This document shows positions 21,786-27,730 of a stretch of DNA of 27,730 bases, piece after piece (position 1 is the first letter of the stretch; each line of letters begins with the position of its first letter). The stretch is from NCBI GenBank assembly GCA_021432655.1, contig MU271212.1:124001-151730 (forward strand), written 5' to 3'. Source of the DNA: Atractiella rhizophila (Eukaryota). The notes below the pieces were generated by a model that was given only the letters and a program-made list of their open reading frames with translations, was not told the origin of the DNA and did not search any database. The position numbers were made by a program, and so were the translations under genes.

Positions 21786-24700
21786 TCAATTGCTGGCCCC
21801 AAAGAGGAAGCACAGATCCTTCACGGAAAGCCTCCCTAACTCTGTTTCAAATATCGATCAATTATAATACAGAGAAACACGATGGAAGTCGAGACGCAAC
21901 GCACTTTTGCGATCTCCTTCTCCCAGAGAATTCTGCACCAAACTTCTCTTACGCTCTTGGAGAGCCTTGATCTTCTCCTCCACACTGCCTTTGATTGAAA
22001 TCCGGTTTACAACCACCGGCTTCCGCTGCCCTATTCTATGACACCTGTCAAATGCTTGCGCTTCGACCGCCTCGGACCATGCAAGATCGAAGTGAATGAT
22101 GCGATTCCCTTTCGTCAGATTGAGACCAACCCCTGTAACCACGGCATGACTGATCCGTGAATAAGGATGGAAGGAAGGCATACCACCGCACTTTAAGGAG
22201 AGAAGCATGTATTTGACCCGACCTGTTTGGAAGGCTGCCACAGTTTTTGAACGCTCTTCAGCTTTCATATCCCCTCGATAATTGACGTGCTTCATGCCGT
22301 TTTCATGGAGGTAGGCTGAGAGCAGGTCGAGGCAGGAAGTCCATTGGCTGATGATAACGACCTAGGAGACTGTCGTGGGAAAGTCACCAAGTTTCCAGCA
22401 AGAACAAACCTTGTCGTCGGGATAGCTTGCCTCCCAAGACCGGAGTTGGGAAAGCATCCAAATCATCTTCGCAGACGGTAACATTTTATCTCCTCCATCG
22501 AACTTCGATACCATTCTCATAATCTCGTCTTCCGGCTGTTGCTTGCTGAAGGGTTTGTTTTCGTCTTCCGCCCTCAATTTCGTTGCGAAATCGGCCCCAG
22601 CCTGCTCAAGCTGGACCACTTCCGCAGCATTCACCTTCCTTTCATCCATTTCTTCATCCTCTGAATCAATGGTTTTCTAGTTTCAAGGTTAGTGTCGAGT
22701 GGACCCTGATTGGAGGAACTACCTTGTATTTTGCCTGTCTCTTTTCCGCCTTCTTTGATTTACCCTTCTTCTTTCTACTCTTCTTGCGCTTGTCATTTGG
22801 CAACCATTCAGCATCGGAGTCTTCGTCATCGTCAACAATGAAATCGTCCAACTAGGCAGTCAAGCCTGATCAGAACGGTATTCTTAATCAGATGAATTGC
22901 GCACTGTCCCGTCGTCAGACTCATACTCCTCCTCATCTCCAGAAACCTCCGCGTCTAGTCGCATAGCCTTCAATCGCTTCTTCCCCAGCATGTCATCATG
23001 CGATGGTTCAAATGCCTCTACATTATAGCTGTGTTTCCGCAAAATGGGAAGACTGTTCCTTACGCATTCAGTTCCAGAGATGGTGGAGTGAGCAAAGTGC
23101 GCACTTGCAAGTAGGGCAATGCCTCTGATCTTCAGCGTACTTGATAGAGACCTCCTTCTCTGTGTCATTTACAATGATGTCACTTTTCCAAATCTTCTCC
23201 AAACAGGAAGAGCAAAAGATATGGGCGCAAGGGGCGACAGCTTCTCAGAAGTAAGGGAAACGAATGGACAAAAAAGCAGGACAGTAACGAACCCAAACTG
23301 TCTTCAAGCGGCTCCCTGCAAACCGGACAAGCATCATAGATCTCGACGTCTGTCCCCTTCTTCTCAGCCTCCATTTTCGCCTCATACTGTAAACAGTCAA
23401 TTTACTACAATATCGGGGAAGAAACGAACTGACTCGGTCTCGCAGCGTCCGCTTCAGGAGGGTGACAAAATCGTATCCCTCATACTTCGCAGCTCGGGAC
23501 ACTTCAGCCTTCAATTCCTTGGGACTCAATGCATATGGGTTCATCTACAATCAATTAGTCGGATATCAGTGCATCATATGGTAAAACGAACTTCTTCTGT
23601 AATAAGGCTGACAGAGACATCAGCAAAGTCAGATCTCCGTAGCACTGCTTACCAAGGATGGTTACACAGCTGACGCAACCTTAGCAGCATAACGAGGACT
23701 TGGTGAAAGTTCTTGAGGACGGTTCCTTCACTGTTGGTACATTAGCACAATACAGTGATAGCACAATAGAAGGACAAACTTGAAAAATTTGTTGAATTTG
23801 GCCTGCTCCTTCCTCGCTACAAAATCATAGAGCTGTAATTCTCTCTTAGTTGGTATTAAACTTTATCAGTAGGAGCCAACCTGTTGCTCGCCTTCACTGA
23901 ATTCGACCTCGACATTTTCGATGGTTTTGGAAGGCAGCGTGAGACTACGCCGCACTCGTCAGGAATGCCTCCACAATCTCAATTGCTCACATAGGTTTCC
24001 CCTCCAAAGTTGACGTTTTCTTCCTCCTAAACATGCAACTCTTGAGTAACACCTGGAGATGCTCCCCGGCCTTGTCAGGCCCCCATCCCGTCACGACCTA
24101 GATCACCCCAGTCCTCAACTTGTGGCACATAGATTCGGAAGAAGCCTCACATGATTTACAAAGTTGTTGTAATCACTGTAAACGGGGAGTCGTATAAATT
24201 TGAGAAGGGGAAAAGCATCCATGACTCCGTTGATGAGCGGTGTGCCTGAAGGGTGGTCGGCAAATTGACTACAGCGAAGCAAACACCTTGCCTGACAGGC
24301 ACCAACGATATTCTGCCTCCAATCCCCGTGTAATAGCTCTGGAAATTATGGAAGTTGGGGTTCGGATTTCATCTGGTGGGGTGTCAAAAAAAAAGGGACG
24401 AAGAAAGATATGAATGAAAACGCACGGGCTTCGTCTATCATTCATGCTGTCTAATTAGTTTCAACAAGCTGGAGTGATATCAATACGCCCACCGAGAACA
24501 ACCCTATACCAGTCCATCTCAAGAAGGGGTCCAGCTATAAGATTCTTTAGTAAGTGGAATGTTCGGGGAAAAGAGTTGCTAACCCTTCATCGTCCTACGA
24601 GTCGCTAACCCTTCTCCGTTAACAACAAAATGGTCCAAGCCGTCACTCTTCTTCTTAGGCTTCTTCTTCGGCTTAATATAATTTCCCAAGTCATCGATAC

Positions 24701-26886
24701 GGTCATCTGGCCATTGAGCTCTGACCCTTCATCCCCATTGTCTGCAAAAATTGAGAACAGACATAAAGGGAAACAAACGTGTGATAATTGGTCAGGACAA
24801 CGTCGTACTGTTTGAGCTCCTTAATCGTCTTCACTTTCTGTCCCGAGGAGTGGTAGATGAGAACCTCTAGGTCATTCGCATACGTGTTGATCTCGTTCTT
24901 CCACTGTTCCAGCAAACCGAGAGGAGCGATTATTAACGTGGTCGCTCTCCTGGGGTCATCAGAAGGATTCTGAACAATCAGCCCAATAGTCTGAACTGAA
25001 GACAATAAAACACGTTAGATTTCATGTAGTAAGAGATAAGAACATACTCGTCTTTCCCAATCCCATCTCATCCGCCAAAATCCCTCCTTTATTCCTACTA
25101 TTCTCTTGGTCTACCATCCAGGACACTCCGAGGATCTGATGCGGCAGCAAATTCATCTCACTTCCTGGTAATATAGTATTCTGATCCGGCAAGCCCAGTC
25201 TCTTCATCGCTTCCGCCACAGTAGTTCCTTCTCCTTCGAAATCCCCATCTGCTGCCTTTTTCATAAGGCTCTGTACGGCATCATTCTTCGTACCTCGAGT
25301 AACAAGTTCACTAGCCTCTTCTTGATGGGCATGATTCGCGTCGACTTTTTGCGTATATTGGCGTGGCAAGGAGGCTCCACGAAATGCGATAGCTTTAGAA
25401 CTATCAGTCGGTAATTGGTTTGAGGACGCGAAGGGTAGCGTAACACGGCCATCATGTTTGTTTTGAGGCACGATGGACAGACGGTTGAGAGGGGAAGAAT
25501 GGTCGATACAGGGTGGAGAGGAGCCATTGGCAGTGGGAACAAGGGGAGAAAACTGCTGACCGGAGGAAGGTTTAGCAAGTTTAGCAAGTTTCCCTACGTC
25601 ATGGGGATGGTGAAGATTCGCTTTTGCGATGGAAACAGGGGTAGCCAGAGCGGCGTTATCTTTTTCGTCCTTGAAGGGAACAGTTCGATTGTTCGAGTTC
25701 GAGCTTCCTCTAGCTTCCTCGTCCCAATTCCATGTCTGCGGTTTCGACCAGTCGCTCTGTTCGAGCTTGGGCCTTCGAGGGGAGTTAGGGGAGAGCGCCC
25801 CAAGGGCGCCGTTTGAAAAGAAGGCAGGCGGCGGAGTGGATACGCGGTCCGTAGGCTCGACCTTGACTTTTCGCATTTCCATCCTCTCGTTGAGCTCCTC
25901 TATATCCCCCAAAGACAACACGCCGCCTTCCTGCTTCATCTTCAACTCTCTACCCACCACTTTCGCCTTCAATGGAGACACATCTTCAGGTTCATCAACG
26001 TCCATGGCATCTAAATCAAACGGTTCTGATTTCGGCTGCCTTTCTTCGAGAGGATCAGGGGCAAGAGAATATGGCTCTAGGTCGATGGGTTCTTCTTTGA
26101 TCTTTGGCTTCTTCTCTTTCCGTGTCGTTTGGGTAGTGGCGACAAGGAGTTCAGCTTCGTCCAACGTCCTCTTCTGCTTCCTTGTCCCTAATTGCGCCTG
26201 AGAGACACGAGCATTGCGAGCGACGGCGTGTGTGGGATGTGCGTGGATATGTGCCTTTGAAGACACATTAGCATATTGAATAAAGGCAATTAACCTGAAC
26301 TTTCAATTATTGAATAAACGAAAAGAGAAACAATCCGATGTTCAAAAGCTCGACTTCAAGAATTCAGTCGCAGGACTCTTAGACTTTGAAATCACATAAT
26401 GTTGAATGTTCGTTGTCCTTCACTCATCCGGGAAATTATCATATAAAATAAAGGTTCAGCTTCAACCACAAGCAGGCGTTCATAAGACAGCAGTCAATCA
26501 CGCTGTGTCACAACTTGCGAAATGACTCAAAATCCCTTAACCAAGATTTAAAAAATATTCACCTCATACGCTTCAAAAGTCCCAAACCCGTCCTCTACAC
26601 GCCGTCGCCAATCGGACCAAAGAGGAATGTCGACGTCGACGTCGCACCCGTCGTCCAAACAGTGAATGGTCCCAAACCCCGTCCCCGTACCAAATGAGAT
26701 GGTGAAATTTGTGTCATGTGGGTTGGTGATGAGATACTTAGAGAGAGCGGGAGCGTAGGAAGATGGTACTTTGGCCTAGAAGTTGGTCCGCATCATTAGG
26801 AGTTCAGGGAGATTGCGAAACGGGGAGAAGCTCACCTCCTGGTCTCGAAGCGTGTTTCTTAGCACCGTTTGGAGTGCTGTGTCCAT
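21786..26886 (-). CDS. SNF2-family ATPase with internal C3HC4 RING (Rad5/Rad16/Ris1-like), multi-exon
   Basis: Exon 1 26886-26836 (MDTALQTVLRNTLRDQE), exon 2 26775-26563, exon 3 from 26254. Motifs: LLPHQ, GGILADEMGLGKT, WYRVVLDEAH, RWCLSGTP, RING CPVC...CAHIFCSSC...CPTC, SQWTS, SLKCGG|VGLNL, QAFDRCHRIGQ. Ends KLGRLSVKDLCFLFGASN* at 21786. Confidence 0.93.
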
Positions 26887-26976
26887 GTTTATAAAATCTT
26901 GGTATCAAATAGATATTTGAGTGATTGAAATTATGAATTGTTGGGGCAGGTTAGGGGGAGGTCAAAATACACAAGC

Positions 26977-27069
26977 CGCGTCTATATAACAAAGCGCGTC
27001 TTATAATCCGGCCGCCTGACGCGACTGTATATCATAACATCATCACAACTACCCAACCTTCGTCGCGTC
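26977..27069. promoter_or_regulatory. Cluster of four ACGCG/CGCGT (MCB-core-like) motifs upstream of the SNF2 gene
   Basis: CGCGT at 26977, 26995 and 27064, ACGCG at 27019; 90-185 bp upstream of the ATG at 26886. Confidence 0.35.
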
Positions 27070-27524
27070 TTATCTCGGATTTATCGATATTATCAGTATC
27101 AACAACGAGAAGAAGCGGAAGAAGTATGCTCATAGCATGGTTTATGATTAAAGCTCGTAAAACTCGTTTTTGAGCCGAAAAAGTCGAAATCTGGTTCAAG
27201 CTTTTAGAAGTGATGGATGCTGAAATGGATGTTTGCGCAAGCAGAGGTTTGCAGCCATCTTTTAGATTTCGGCAACGCAGTGCCGAGACTGTGACCCTCT
27301 CGTGGTGACATGTAAAAGAAAGCATCGCAAGAACCAAGTCAACTTGAATATAATGCGTGTTACGTGCCAGGCGCTGAGCACTTGCTACAATGGCGTTTAA
27401 TAGATTTTGCTTGAGAGCTAAAGGTTCCACTCATATTGATGTACTCCATCTGAATGGATGAATATTGGGTGAATTATTCTAATTCATGGGTATCAAACAA
27501 ACACACAATATATAACGTCACATT

Positions 27525-27730
27525 CTACATGAGTGGTTTCCCAATCTCGCTCCTCCAAGACTAACGCAGACACATCAGTAATCTCTTTGCAAAAACTGGA
27601 GTGAAACACGTACCCTGGCATTCTCGAACCCGTTCCGCCCAAGCTGATAATCCACGAACGCCTGCTGAATTTCTTCTTTGCTCGTCATCACGAAAGGGCC
27701 ATATTGTACCACTTCTTGGTTCAATATCTC
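27525..27730 (-). CDS. Pirin family protein, 3' end (continues beyond the window)
   Basis: EILNQEVVQYGPFVMTSKEEIQQAFVDYQLGRNGFENAR|SWRSEIGKPLM*, the pirin C-terminal GPFVM motif. Intron 27613-27561. Absent from the ORF track. Confidence 0.92.

Noticed and set aside
201..26201. Many antisense or alternate-frame ORFs in the track (e.g. 201-650, 8378-8764, 23119-23673, 25629-26201)
   Set aside because: They are shadows of real genes on the opposite strand or frame.
27032..27430. 132-aa minus-strand ORF
   Set aside because: GTG start, no recognisable domain, and it lies in the pirin 3' / SNF2 promoter interval.
1..27730. Prokaryotic-type systems (CRISPR, defence islands, operons), tRNA/rRNA genes
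   Set aside because: The sequence is spliceosomal-intron-rich eukaryotic DNA; no repeat-spacer array or structural RNA gene was recognised.

Overview
Intron-rich fungal genomic DNA (GT-AG introns mostly 45-95 nt with CTAAY/CTGAY branch sites; basidiomycete-like, lineage not provable here), with two 25-N gaps at 738-762 and 5214-5238. Gene order: vWA-domain protein (-), eIF6/TIF6 (+), SAM methyltransferase (-), SKI3 3' fragment, a ~2 kb TpA-rich decayed spacer, a 5'-truncated second eIF6, a second methyltransferase, a complete SKI3 (-), a 3' fragment of a Ser-rich single-TM gene, an A17 junction, a SKI3 5' fragment, the long single-TM ORF, a frameshifted Ser-rich gene, a Rad5/Ris1-type SNF2-RING ATPase (-), and the 3' end of a pirin gene (-). 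The main oddity is architectural: an ~8 kb divergent copy of the locus (7307-15342, containing the only intact SKI3) sits between the 3' and 5' remnants of another SKI3 copy. The truncated gene pieces show purifying-selection patterns, so they look like two diverged functional haplotypes nested together, either a real introgression/rearrangement or a heterozygous-assembly artefact.
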